A stretch of DNA of 64,000 nucleotides. Source: Poseidonia sp. GTDB taxonomy: Archaea > Thermoplasmatota > Poseidoniia > Poseidoniales > Poseidoniaceae. Shown piece by piece: positions 1 to 8,880 of this stretch. The first letter of the stretch is position 1, and the number at the start of each line of letters is the position of its first letter. The notes beneath the pieces are model-generated. The model saw nothing but the letters and a program-made list of their open reading frames with translations. It was not told the DNA's origin and did not search any database. A program made the position numbers and the translations under genes. Location of the stretch: positions 10,928-74,927 of the forward strand of contig JAUREO010000002.1 in NCBI GenBank assembly GCA_030827365.1, given 5' to 3'.

Positions 1-608
1 GTAAGGGCAGCCGTACCTGCTCCCATCGAAGCTCCGTAGAGGCCAATATGTTGTGGCGAAACGCCCTTTTCATCTTGAAGCCAAGACAATGCAGCAAGCA
101 CATCTCGCCATTCTCTTTGACCTGCTGAAACCAACTCATCTTCGACTGTGCTCTGCCAGTGATCACGCAGGTCAATCATCAAGACATTGATTCCATTTTT
201 CGACAACATTCCAGCAGGTATGAGCACTTCGTGATTGGCTTTGCAGGAACGTATGCCGTGGATGAGAATCACCCATGGTGAATCTGTATCTTGTTCAACA
301 TACCACGCAGATATGCTGATTGGCTCATCTTTAAGATAGATTGTCGCATTTTCCCATGATTCCATGTAATATTGATCGATATTCGATACGATGGTGTCGT
401 TCCATTGATGGGTGTAGCTTTCGATATTTTCTGGATAAAGATGGGGTTCAAAATTTGCTGGAGTATTGTATGGGGCATGATTGGTACAATCCAAATCCGT
501 TTTTGCAATTTCAAAATACACATACAATCCGACTTGGTAATACAATGCTGGTGCTGCAGCTAAAAGCAATACCATCAAAGCTGGAAGGGCACGAAGTAGT
601 CGTTTCAT
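1..608 (-). CDS. secreted alpha/beta-hydrolase (peptidase/esterase-like), N-terminal part; continues beyond window start
   Basis: My own reverse translation from the ATG at 608 gives MKRLLRALPALMVLLLAAAP (signal peptide/TM). It also contains HGIRSCK and the GASMG nucleophile-elbow motif (GxSxG). The ORF is open to position 1. Its start overlaps the stop of the downstream psd gene by 4 bp. Confidence 0.55.
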   Translation of the reverse strand, partial: MKRLLRALPALMVLLLAAAPALYYQVGLYVYFEIAKTDLDCTNHAPYNTPANFEPHLYPENIESYTHQWNDTIVSNIDQYYMESWENATIYLKDEPISISAWYVEQDTDSPWVILIHGIRSCKANHEVLIPAGMLSKNGINVLMIDLRDHWQSTVEDELVSAGQREWRDVLAALSWLQDEKGVSPQHIGLYGASMGAGTAAL

Positions 609-1513
609 TCATCATCCTCCACATGATTTGGTACAAAAAGAATGCTTGAGCCGGCTTGTACAAATTCTCCTTTAGGATGTGAGGCATTTTTTTCCTCTGC
701 TGAAACCACGTTGGGAAGATAATCATCTGCTTTTACTCGAACATCGACTCTCGAACCAAGTCGAATCATGCCAATTCTCTGGCCCCGGCGAAGAGAAAAA
801 GGAGCGATGACCCAAGGAACGATTGTACGTGCTAATGCGCCGGAGATTTGAGATACCTCGAAACGTTCTCCTTCACCATTTTCAAACACATTTCGCACTC
901 GTTCATTGAATTCACTTTCTTTCTTAAACGCAGGCAAAAACGGGCCACGCTTGAGGCCTTTTCCCTTTCTATGTTCGGTGATGACCAGTTCTCCTTCGAT
1001 AGGGCTTCGGTTCACATGCACATCAAGTGGAGACATAAAGACTGCAATTCGCCACACATCAAGCTCTGATTCTTCGCCTTGAGGAACTTCTTCAAAAAGT
1101 TGTTCGGTTTCAAATCGAAGAGGATTGTCCGATGGTTGAGGGTACCAATCACCGGTCAATGAGTCACGAATGATGTCATCTTCATCTAATTCGGATTGAG
1201 ATGGTCGCCTACCCACTGCACGTTCTCGCTTGATGAACATCACATGTCCATCTGCAGGGGATAGAACAACACCTCGGTCTTTTGGAATTGGTCGGTCGGG
1301 GTCTCTCCAAAAATTTGCAAAGAATAACGATATCATGATACAAAGTACGCCAAAAAAAGGAACCAAACCTGCAACTGGGTCAACGATTGAGCCAACGATG
1401 AGGGCACTTATGCCCATACAACCAGTCGTCAAAACTGGCACTAAACCTCCAGGGGCTAATCCGCCCATTGCCTCACCAATTATGATTCCCAGGGGTCTTC
1501 TCCATCTGACCAT
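605..1513 (-). CDS. psd: phosphatidylserine decarboxylase proenzyme
   Basis: N-terminal TM segments followed by FWRDPDRPIP...VVLSPADGHV, the Psd signature FFRDPxR...SPADG. The downstream LGS segment (MIRLGSRVD) is a candidate self-cleavage site. An acidic insert is present. Confidence 0.7.
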   Translation of the reverse strand: MVRWRRPLGIIIGEAMGGLAPGGLVPVLTTGCMGISALIVGSIVDPVAGLVPFFGVLCIMISLFFANFWRDPDRPIPKDRGVVLSPADGHVMFIKRERAVGRRPSQSELDEDDIIRDSLTGDWYPQPSDNPLRFETEQLFEEVPQGEESELDVWRIAVFMSPLDVHVNRSPIEGELVITEHRKGKGLKRGPFLPAFKKESEFNERVRNVFENGEGERFEVSQISGALARTIVPWVIAPFSLRRGQRIGMIRLGSRVDVRVKADDYLPNVVSAEEKNASHPKGEFVQAGSSILFVPNHVEDDE

Positions 1514-2253
1514 GTTGCTGATGCCGCATTCTCTGATGGTTCGTCTTCGGGGGCTTCCTCGTCTGATGCGTTATCTTCTGTTGCATCTTCAGAACCTACT
1601 TCTTCTGATGAAACCTCGTCTTCTAAAGGTGCTTCTTCTTCAACGTCTTCTGATTTTTCTTCTTCGGTTGCTGCGTCGCCTGTACGTGCCTCAACGAGTT
1701 CTTCGACACGCTCGGTAAACGCTCGTCGCAAATGCTGTGATTTTCGTTCTGCTTCAACCGCACGTTCAATCATATCGTAACGGACTTTAATGGCCTTGTT
1801 CAAATCTTCAAAGAGTGCCATGTGGTCCATGTACCATGTATCTCTTGCTGACATTTCAGCAACTGCGAGTCGGAGGTCATTATCCAACTCCTCAGCAATT
1901 GAAAACACTTTACCGAGACGGTCTTTTTCTCGAGTGTACTTTTCTTCCATTTTCTCAAGTTCTGGCTCAAGATGTTCGACTCTTTTCAGTGAGGTCGTTG
2001 CTTTTCGTTCCAAGTCACGGAGTCGGACATCCTTTTCAGCGATAATGGATTCAAGAGATTCTTTTTCGATTTCCCGATCAATAATTTCTTTTTCGAGAAC
2101 TTCAATTTCAGCCCTTGCATCGACCAGTTCCTTTTCTTGGGTTTCGTATGCTGCGAACAGTTTCTGAAGTCGGTCGGTTTCTGTTCCAAGAGCGTCTTCT
2201 AACTCCTTAATTCGAACCTCATCGCTCATTGTGCCGTCTGTCATTTTGCTCAC
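1480..2253 (-). CDS. hypothetical coiled-coil protein with highly acidic C-terminal tail
   Basis: Long heptad-like charged stretch (EIEVLEKEIIDREIEKESLESIIAEKDVRLRDLERK). C-terminus is rich in E/D/S (EEEAPLEDEVSSEE...). Overlaps the psd start. Confidence 0.45.
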   Translation of the reverse strand: MSKMTDGTMSDEVRIKELEDALGTETDRLQKLFAAYETQEKELVDARAEIEVLEKEIIDREIEKESLESIIAEKDVRLRDLERKATTSLKRVEHLEPELEKMEEKYTREKDRLGKVFSIAEELDNDLRLAVAEMSARDTWYMDHMALFEDLNKAIKVRYDMIERAVEAERKSQHLRRAFTERVEELVEARTGDAATEEEKSEDVEEEAPLEDEVSSEEVGSEDATEDNASDEEAPEDEPSENAASATWSDGEDPWES

Positions 2254-2341
2254 CTCGGGCTACGCCTATTTATTATCCACATTGGCCTTACATATCAAGC
2301 CGACGCTTGAAGATGCCGTGTTGCTCTCGTATTTCCGACGT

Positions 2342-3307
2342 TCAAATTTTATCAGTTGCCGCTACCAATGCTCGAGCAATACCGACTTCACCCACTGAAT
2401 GACCTGCATCTGGAACGATGAGGAGTTCACTGTGGTTCAATGCTTTATGCAACTCCCATGCACTTCTTGCAGGGCATACAACATCGTATCGTCCTTGAAC
2501 AATGACGGTTGGAATATGGTTGATCTTTTCGATGTTGTTCAAAATATGGGCTTCTTCCACAAAAATTCCATTGATGAAGTAATGACATTCAATGCGAGCA
2601 AATGCAACTGCAAAATCCAAGTCTTCTGCTTTTTCAACATAACTTGGGTCAGGAAACAATCGACTGGTTGCCATTTCCCACCGTGTCCATTCACGGGCAG
2701 CAGCTCTTCGAACCTCGACATCAGCATTTGTCAATCGAGAATAGTAGGCTTGGATGAGGTCGTGTTGCTCTTGAAGCGGAATGTGGTCTCGGTAGGTCTC
2801 GAATGCATCTGGGAATATATGGCTAGCACCATCTTGGTAAAACCAATGCAACTCACTTTTTCGACACATAAAAATGCCCCTTAACACCAAACTAAGCACC
2901 CTGTCTGGATAATGTTGAGCGTAAATCAACGAGAGAGTGGAGCCCCAAGAACCTCCAAACACATGCCATTTTTCAAAACCGAAAAAATTCCTCAATAATT
3001 CGATATCACAAACAGAGGCGTGGGTATGGTTCTCCTCCAATTCGGCATGAGGGGTTGATTTGCCGCAACCCCTTTGATCAAATTGAATGATGTCAAATTT
3101 CTCTGGGTCAAAGTATCGTCTGTACGAAGGTTGACTACCTCCACCGGGTCCACCGTGTATCACGATGATGGGTAGGCCATCGGGATTTCCAGACCTCTCG
3201 TAATATAGAGTGTGGAGTGTTGATACTTCTAAAAATCCGGTCGTATGTGGCTCGATTTGAGGATAAAGAACCTCATCAATTGGCTCTGTTGAGATTTGCA
3301 TAATCAA
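2342..3307 (-). CDS. pip: proline iminopeptidase (prolyl aminopeptidase, S33 family)
   Basis: LYPQIEPHTTGFLEV...HGGPGGG and the catalytic GGSWGSTL motif. Overall Pip-like alpha/beta hydrolase layout. Confidence 0.85.
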   Translation of the reverse strand: MIMQISTEPIDEVLYPQIEPHTTGFLEVSTLHTLYYERSGNPDGLPIIVIHGGPGGGSQPSYRRYFDPEKFDIIQFDQRGCGKSTPHAELEENHTHASVCDIELLRNFFGFEKWHVFGGSWGSTLSLIYAQHYPDRVLSLVLRGIFMCRKSELHWFYQDGASHIFPDAFETYRDHIPLQEQHDLIQAYYSRLTNADVEVRRAAAREWTRWEMATSRLFPDPSYVEKAEDLDFAVAFARIECHYFINGIFVEEAHILNNIEKINHIPTVIVQGRYDVVCPARSAWELHKALNHSELLIVPDAGHSVGEVGIARALVAATDKI

Positions 3308-3367
3308 TGCAAGAGTGATGAGAACAAGTTTTTTTCTATCGTGGAGATATTTATTGAATAGTGATTT

Positions 3368-3997
3368 TTGGGATTTCTCATGGGTAACAAAAAGGCAACT
3401 GATGTCTTTTCAGATTGGGCAGCCATAGGCAAAGATGAGGGAATGGAACAAGGTCATAGTCCTTCAGTGAACAAAATGATTGATATGGCTCTTCCTTTGA
3501 TGAAGCCAAATTTTACCTTCATCGATATTGGTTGCGGAAATGGTTGGGTTGTTCGAAAATTTCAATCCAATGCTCAGTGTTCGAAGGCCATTGGCATCGA
3601 CGGAGCAAAAAATATGATTGATAAAGCCAAAAACATTGACCCAGAAGGTCATTATGTACACGCCCAATTGCCTCAGTGGTCCCCCAATGAGAATTTTGAC
3701 CTTGCCATGAGTATGGAATTCATGTATTATCTCCATCAACCACAAGAATTTCTTACAACGGTTTTTCGTGATTGGCTCAATTCAAACGGCTGGCTTGTTT
3801 TTGGTATCGACCACTACCTTGAAAACGAATCAAGCCACACTTGGCCAAAAAAATTAGGCGTACACATGACAACTTTGAGTGAACAAGATTGGAAAAATTG
3901 CTTGGAATCCATTGGTTTTCAACATGTTTCATCGAGCCGAACTGGAGCATCGGATGTATGGGCTGGAACACTTATTGTGATGGGTCAAAAGCCCTAA
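3368..3997 (+). CDS. class I SAM-dependent methyltransferase
   Basis: FIDIGCGNGW glycine-rich SAM-binding motif I. Size about 200 aa. Its 3' end overlaps convergently with the addA-like gene by 26 bp. Confidence 0.65.
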   Translation: MGFLMGNKKATDVFSDWAAIGKDEGMEQGHSPSVNKMIDMALPLMKPNFTFIDIGCGNGWVVRKFQSNAQCSKAIGIDGAKNMIDKAKNIDPEGHYVHAQLPQWSPNENFDLAMSMEFMYYLHQPQEFLTTVFRDWLNSNGWLVFGIDHYLENESSHTWPKKLGVHMTTLSEQDWKNCLESIGFQHVSSSRTGASDVWAGTLIVMGQKP

Positions 3998-6900
3998 GGC
4001 CTAAAGGTTCAGAGACGGGCCCGCAACGACGAATATCACCGATGAAAAATGGACAAGACCGACACTCTTTGTCTGATTCAAGTCGAGGGGGAGCCTCAAG
4101 AGTGTCTGAACTCACAAGCACTGATGCCCGCCAAGATAGATGTTCAAGAATATCGGTTTTGCTTTTCGTGTATTGTTCGTCACTAAGTTGTATCATTCGC
4201 CCTGATGCACCAACTAAAATTGAAGGAGGTAGGATTGTTCTACGTTGGCTCGGTTTCTTGTGCTGCTCGATGGATTCGAGGACTATTGAGTACATCGTTA
4301 ACTGCAATCTGTATTGCTCGAGGAGTTCAAGTTCAGCAGGGGTTACTGCTATTGAATTCTCTACGCTCTGCTTGTTTTCTTGTAACGGGTGAGCATCTTC
4401 TTTGTCATGGGAGAATTCATCGAGGCATCCTTTTGTTTTCAAATCAACAACTTGGAGATATCCATTGTTTTGTCCATCACGCAAGGCAATTGCTAAATCT
4501 ATCCGCCCTTCAAAAATCATCGAAATATCATCAATAATCGACATGATTTCTGAGCCATAGGGTGTTTCTTTTGTATGTTCAATACATGGTTGAGAAATCT
4601 TGTGAATGTGTCGGAAAGGCAACTCCGTTCGAACTGCTTCGACTGTGAAACCTTCGCACTCAATGCCTTGCAGGAGGATTCCTAATCGTTGTTGGGTCAT
4701 CAATGTTGAAATTTCTTTGACTCGTTGTTTTGTCGATGAAAACTTAGCGTCAGATGGTGAAATTCCAAATTCCAAAAGAACATCCGCAATGGTTGTTTCA
4801 TCCAGCAACTTACTTTCGTTTTCGATGAACCATTCATTCGATAAAGAGGGTGTGGAGTCATCATGTTTGCATGGATTTGGTAAACCAACTTCGAGCAGAC
4901 GATGCATAATCAGACCAAAATCTGTGGGATTCGGGTATACTGATTGTGATTCATCCCGTTGGCGAGTTCGAATGTTGAGTGGTTCAGTTTGCCATCCCAA
5001 TACATGACTGAGCCAATGCCTCCTTCGACAACGAAATGAACTATCTAGGTCAAAAACCGTTCCTTTGGTTTCAAAGTGCAAGTGTGGAATTTGTCTTGAA
5101 TGATCTTGAACATTGGATTCTTGTTGTAATCTCGAATACATGTCAAGTGTTTGTCGTAAAACCGATGTAGGTTGTGAAGTCGAAAAACAATCAGGGTGAT
5201 GATAGACCTGTAATGTTTGAAGAGTTGATTCTCGAAATGTCGATTGAATGAACAATTGAGCAGGATTGATGAATAAAGGCGATTCATCGACTGGGGCCAA
5301 AACCTCCGCCTCGAGATCGCCTTCGAGCAGCCAAGGGGAATCAGGATTGCCTCCATATTTTGCAACCTGTCGCATGGCATCAATCAACATATTTCCAAAG
5401 GAACGGACACTCGTGCTACGTTTAATTTTGAACTTTTGGCTTTCTTCATCGTACTCACTCGAGGAAGGTGAGCCAACCAAAATCAACCGCTCTTCGGCTC
5501 TTGTGAGTGCAACATAAAGTTGTCTTCGTCGTTCTGCGCGACCTTGTGCATCTTCAATTGCTTTCGTAAATTCCCAAAGCCCATCTTGAGGCCGTTCGTG
5601 GTCAGTCCATGGTTGAATTCGTCCAGCAACAATTTGTGGAGTCACGAGTACATTGTCACGTACAGATTGGGATGCATCTTGTTGCCCAGCACCAAACATA
5701 CCTGCTACGATGACAACTTTTGCCTGCAAACCTTTTGCCTTGTGGAGCGTCATAATTTGAACTGCGTTTCCAGATGAAGATGATTCAGCCGGTGGCCCAT
5801 CTTTACCTAATGCCTTCAATGAACGTATATGCCTTTGAGTTGCAAGGATGTTGTATCCAAAATTGGCTAATGTATCATTGAGCAACGTACACCACGCTTC
5901 AACATGATTTCGCTCAGACTCATTGGAATGGACGACAAGGAGGTCGGAATAATCCAAAAGATATGTGAAAATATCACTAAATCGCCCTTGCAATCGAAAT
6001 GAGTTTACATCACTGAATATCTTTTGAATCGATTTAGGAAAAATGTTTGATTCAAAACATGAAAATAATTGTTTATTCAATTCAGATGTGAATAGAGTAT
6101 TGATTTCATCGTCGCTGAGTCCAACGAGTGGCGACCGCAAGACACCGAACAAAGCCCTTCTTGATTCTGGATAGGCAATGAATTCAAGCATTGATAATAA
6201 TGGTTGAATAACGGGTTGGTGAAGTAATGCACCTTGTTTGTCAGAGACTGCTGGAATCCCACGATTGGAGAGTCGTTGAATCAAATCTGGAACATGTGTT
6301 CTTGCGTGAAAGAGAATCATAATATCTCGTGGTTGATATTCACATCGGTCTCCTATCTCTATCCAAATTTGATTCTCAGTATCCCATATCCTCGTATTTT
6401 GGCCAGATAGTAGAGACGCAACTCTTTGGGCAATGAGCTCATTTTCAAGTTGTTTGAGAGATGAACGAGAATCAAGAAATGGGTCAAAGCTGTCATTCAT
6501 ATCGATGCTTGCTGGTTCAGTTTGTGTTTGAATTGGAATGAGCCATTCAAGGTATCCGCCGTCATCCTCTCTTCCAGGACGCAAACGCTGGGCGTCAGCA
6601 TACCAATTTCCAACGATGGTTTCGTGTCGGGGTGAAAAAACATCATCAAACACATCATTCATGAATTCAAGCAAATGGGAACGTGTTCGATAATTGGTTG
6701 TTAAATCGATATGGCCTTCCCTCCGCCTTTGGACTCGCTCAAGGTCGGTCATGAAACTGCCTTCTTCATCATCTCTTGCAGCAACATGCACATAGGAAAA
6801 AGGTGCACTTTTTTTGCCATCGGAGTGTTTGTTTGTAAACGCCGTTCCTGATGCTCCATCGCCCACGGGCCTCGGATCTCTTCCATGGTCTTGTCTACGA

Positions 6901-8012
6901 ATTTCTGAAAAGCGTTCATCATCTTCTTCCATTCGATTAGCTTCTCGAATTTGTTCGACCATTGTTCTCATCACAGAAACTTCTGCTTGCCGAAATCGGT
7001 AGATGCTTTGTTTCATATCCCCGACAATACAAATGGTGGGCTCCCAATATCCAAGTGGTCCTTTGACCTCGTCTGTAGTTCGAGTACGGCGACCCCACAA
7101 ACGAGCTAACAACCTTGCATGACTCGGATTTGTATCCTGGTATTCATCGATGATGAATGCTCTAAATTGTCGTCGAAGTGTTTGGAGGATTCGGTATCGA
7201 TATTGTAGGTCTTTTCTACAATCTTCATTGTCGTGCAAGATTGTCATAGCCCTTGCAATGTGCATGTCAGTCCAGGGTTCAGAAGTCATTGAATCAAGAG
7301 CATCGACAGCCTCTCTCGGATAGATGTGGCGGCACATATCTGGGCAACGTGAAAGCAAGACGTCTGCGGAAAATCGTAAGACATCATCAAAATCATTGAA
7401 ACCATCCATGGCCTTTCGATGTGAATGAATTTGTTGCGTTCCTTTGTGAACAAAGAACAAATCTCGTAAAACATCCATCTGGAGTTCTTCACTTACATAG
7501 TGACCGAATCCTTGATGCTGATGAGGTATGTCTACATTCAATCCGTACAAATACGAAGATACTCCTGCAGGCATGAATGCATAACCATCTTCCGGTTGAA
7601 GAGTGAAAACACTTTTCGCCAGCAATAAAAAAATTGACGATTCTCGATCGAGCAAGTGCTTTTTAATGAGGTCAGATAAATCTGCCCCATCATCGAAAAC
7701 CTGTTTTTTGAGATCTTTATCGGTAAATCCCGATTCGCCTCTTTTAAAGAGGCCTGCCTGCCAGTCATCGCTCGGAAGCGTACCTCGAGGGAAGAATGTC
7801 GGTGTTTCACCTTCTTTAAGACTTGACAGGCTTGCAATGGATAAACACGCTCGCCAAATCCATCGAAGTTTAGCTAGCGGTTCTTTTTCAGGAGGATGTT
7901 CAACCAAAATATATGAGGTGATGCATCCGACTTTGAGTAAATGCCTGACCAACAGGAATGCACTGTGCAGTGTATCCCCTAAAATGGTCAACCCATTTGG
8001 TGATACGAACAA
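3972..8012 (-). CDS. AddA/RecB-like helicase-nuclease, C-terminal portion (UvrD motifs Ic-VI plus Fe-S PD-(D/E)xK nuclease); frameshifted relative to the 7900..8880 ORF
   Basis: UvrD-family motifs: Ic DTLHSAFLLVR, II IIDEYQDTN, III IVGDMKQSIYRFRQAE, V IMTLHKAKGLQAKVV, VI LYVALTRAEERLILVG. C-terminal nuclease motifs: GRIDLAIAL...VVDLKTKG, QLTMYSIVL and Cys cluster CRSCPFFIGDIRRC. The track start is a TTG. Confidence 0.7.
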   Translation of the reverse strand: MFVSPNGLTILGDTLHSAFLLVRHLLKVGCITSYILVEHPPEKEPLAKLRWIWRACLSIASLSSLKEGETPTFFPRGTLPSDDWQAGLFKRGESGFTDKDLKKQVFDDGADLSDLIKKHLLDRESSIFLLLAKSVFTLQPEDGYAFMPAGVSSYLYGLNVDIPHQHQGFGHYVSEELQMDVLRDLFFVHKGTQQIHSHRKAMDGFNDFDDVLRFSADVLLSRCPDMCRHIYPREAVDALDSMTSEPWTDMHIARAMTILHDNEDCRKDLQYRYRILQTLRRQFRAFIIDEYQDTNPSHARLLARLWGRRTRTTDEVKGPLGYWEPTICIVGDMKQSIYRFRQAEVSVMRTMVEQIREANRMEEDDERFSEIRRQDHGRDPRPVGDGASGTAFTNKHSDGKKSAPFSYVHVAARDDEEGSFMTDLERVQRRREGHIDLTTNYRTRSHLLEFMNDVFDDVFSPRHETIVGNWYADAQRLRPGREDDGGYLEWLIPIQTQTEPASIDMNDSFDPFLDSRSSLKQLENELIAQRVASLLSGQNTRIWDTENQIWIEIGDRCEYQPRDIMILFHARTHVPDLIQRLSNRGIPAVSDKQGALLHQPVIQPLLSMLEFIAYPESRRALFGVLRSPLVGLSDDEINTLFTSELNKQLFSCFESNIFPKSIQKIFSDVNSFRLQGRFSDIFTYLLDYSDLLVVHSNESERNHVEAWCTLLNDTLANFGYNILATQRHIRSLKALGKDGPPAESSSSGNAVQIMTLHKAKGLQAKVVIVAGMFGAGQQDASQSVRDNVLVTPQIVAGRIQPWTDHERPQDGLWEFTKAIEDAQGRAERRRQLYVALTRAEERLILVGSPSSSEYDEESQKFKIKRSTSVRSFGNMLIDAMRQVAKYGGNPDSPWLLEGDLEAEVLAPVDESPLFINPAQLFIQSTFRESTLQTLQVYHHPDCFSTSQPTSVLRQTLDMYSRLQQESNVQDHSRQIPHLHFETKGTVFDLDSSFRCRRRHWLSHVLGWQTEPLNIRTRQRDESQSVYPNPTDFGLIMHRLLEVGLPNPCKHDDSTPSLSNEWFIENESKLLDETTIADVLLEFGISPSDAKFSSTKQRVKEISTLMTQQRLGILLQGIECEGFTVEAVRTELPFRHIHKISQPCIEHTKETPYGSEIMSIIDDISMIFEGRIDLAIALRDGQNNGYLQVVDLKTKGCLDEFSHDKEDAHPLQENKQSVENSIAVTPAELELLEQYRLQLTMYSIVLESIEQHKKPSQRRTILPPSILVGASGRMIQLSDEQYTKSKTDILEHLSWRASVLVSSDTLEAPPRLESDKECRSCPFFIGDIRRCGPVSEPLGLRAFDPSQ

Positions 8013-8880
8013 ATAAGGTTACAAAAAATCTGTCAAGGTCTTCTTCATCAATCGTATCTAACATGATATCGTAGAGAAGTTCAACCGGCCCAGCATCATG
8101 TCCATTCCATTCAATATTCTGTTGTTGGGCTCGCCTGAGTAAATTTCGATGCGCTTCTTCTACAAACATCGATTTCGACATCAATCCTTGAATAACAACC
8201 TCTGCATTGGATTGTCCTCCCAAACGAATTGCGAGTCTATCTCTTGCTCCGAGAAATTCTTGTGGATTTTCGAGCAAACCAGCATTCAATGCATCATCAA
8301 CATGCCTTAGTCGCCAAACGCTACTCAACGTGTCTTGAATGAGAATTTTTGACATTTCTTCTGAAATTTGCTCTGATGGTGGAGTCGTAGCAACAATGTC
8401 AAGGTACGGTTGAATAATTTGATTTAGGAAACTGTCGATGGTCGAAATAGGTGCATTGTCAAGTTGTGAAAGCAACATTTCAACGTCCCCGCTCTGTTGA
8501 ATTCTCGGGTCGAACACACCATCGTCCTCATCTGAGGATGAAGTATCTCGTAAGAGCGACAACGCATCACGAATGCGGGCTTTCAATTCTGCCGCAGCTT
8601 TTCTTGTAAATGTGATTGCGACAACTTCTGAAGGAAGCAATCCGGGCCATTCTTCGACTGAGGTTCTCAATTTAGGCAGAGATGTCAACGAACTCGGAGC
8701 AATTTTGTTATCTCGTGGGCCAATTGGTGTAACGAGTGTGGAGCGTTGAAATGTGGATAAAAGATGTTGAATATATCGTTGGGCCATCACTGTGGTTTTG
8801 CCAGTACCTGCACCAGCATCAAGTGCAATGTGTTTGTCAACATCAAGACCAAGTCGTTGGCTATTGTTAAAATTGGTCAA
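7900..8880 (-). CDS. AddA/RecB-like helicase N-terminal portion (Walker A and motif Ia); 5' fragment of the frameshifted gene
   Basis: Walker A DAGAGTGKTTV and motif Ia VVAITFTRKAAAEL. The ORF ends at 7900. The downstream ORF in another frame carries motif Ic from about 7979, overlapping this ORF by 113 bp. Confidence 0.65.
   Translation of the reverse strand: MTNFNNSQRLGLDVDKHIALDAGAGTGKTTVMAQRYIQHLLSTFQRSTLVTPIGPRDNKIAPSSLTSLPKLRTSVEEWPGLLPSEVVAITFTRKAAAELKARIRDALSLLRDTSSSDEDDGVFDPRIQQSGDVEMLLSQLDNAPISTIDSFLNQIIQPYLDIVATTPPSEQISEEMSKILIQDTLSSVWRLRHVDDALNAGLLENPQEFLGARDRLAIRLGGQSNAEVVIQGLMSKSMFVEEAHRNLLRRAQQQNIEWNGHDAGPVELLYDIMLDTIDEEDLDRFFVTLFVRITKWVDHFRGYTAQCIPVGQAFTQSRMHHLIYFG

Noticed and set aside
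4205-4537. Plus-strand ORFs inside the AddA-like gene (4205..4537, 4606..5007, 5266..5517, 5520..5777 and similar)
   Set aside because: They lie entirely antisense within a long minus-strand gene that has strong helicase and nuclease motifs. They are shadow ORFs with low-complexity translations.
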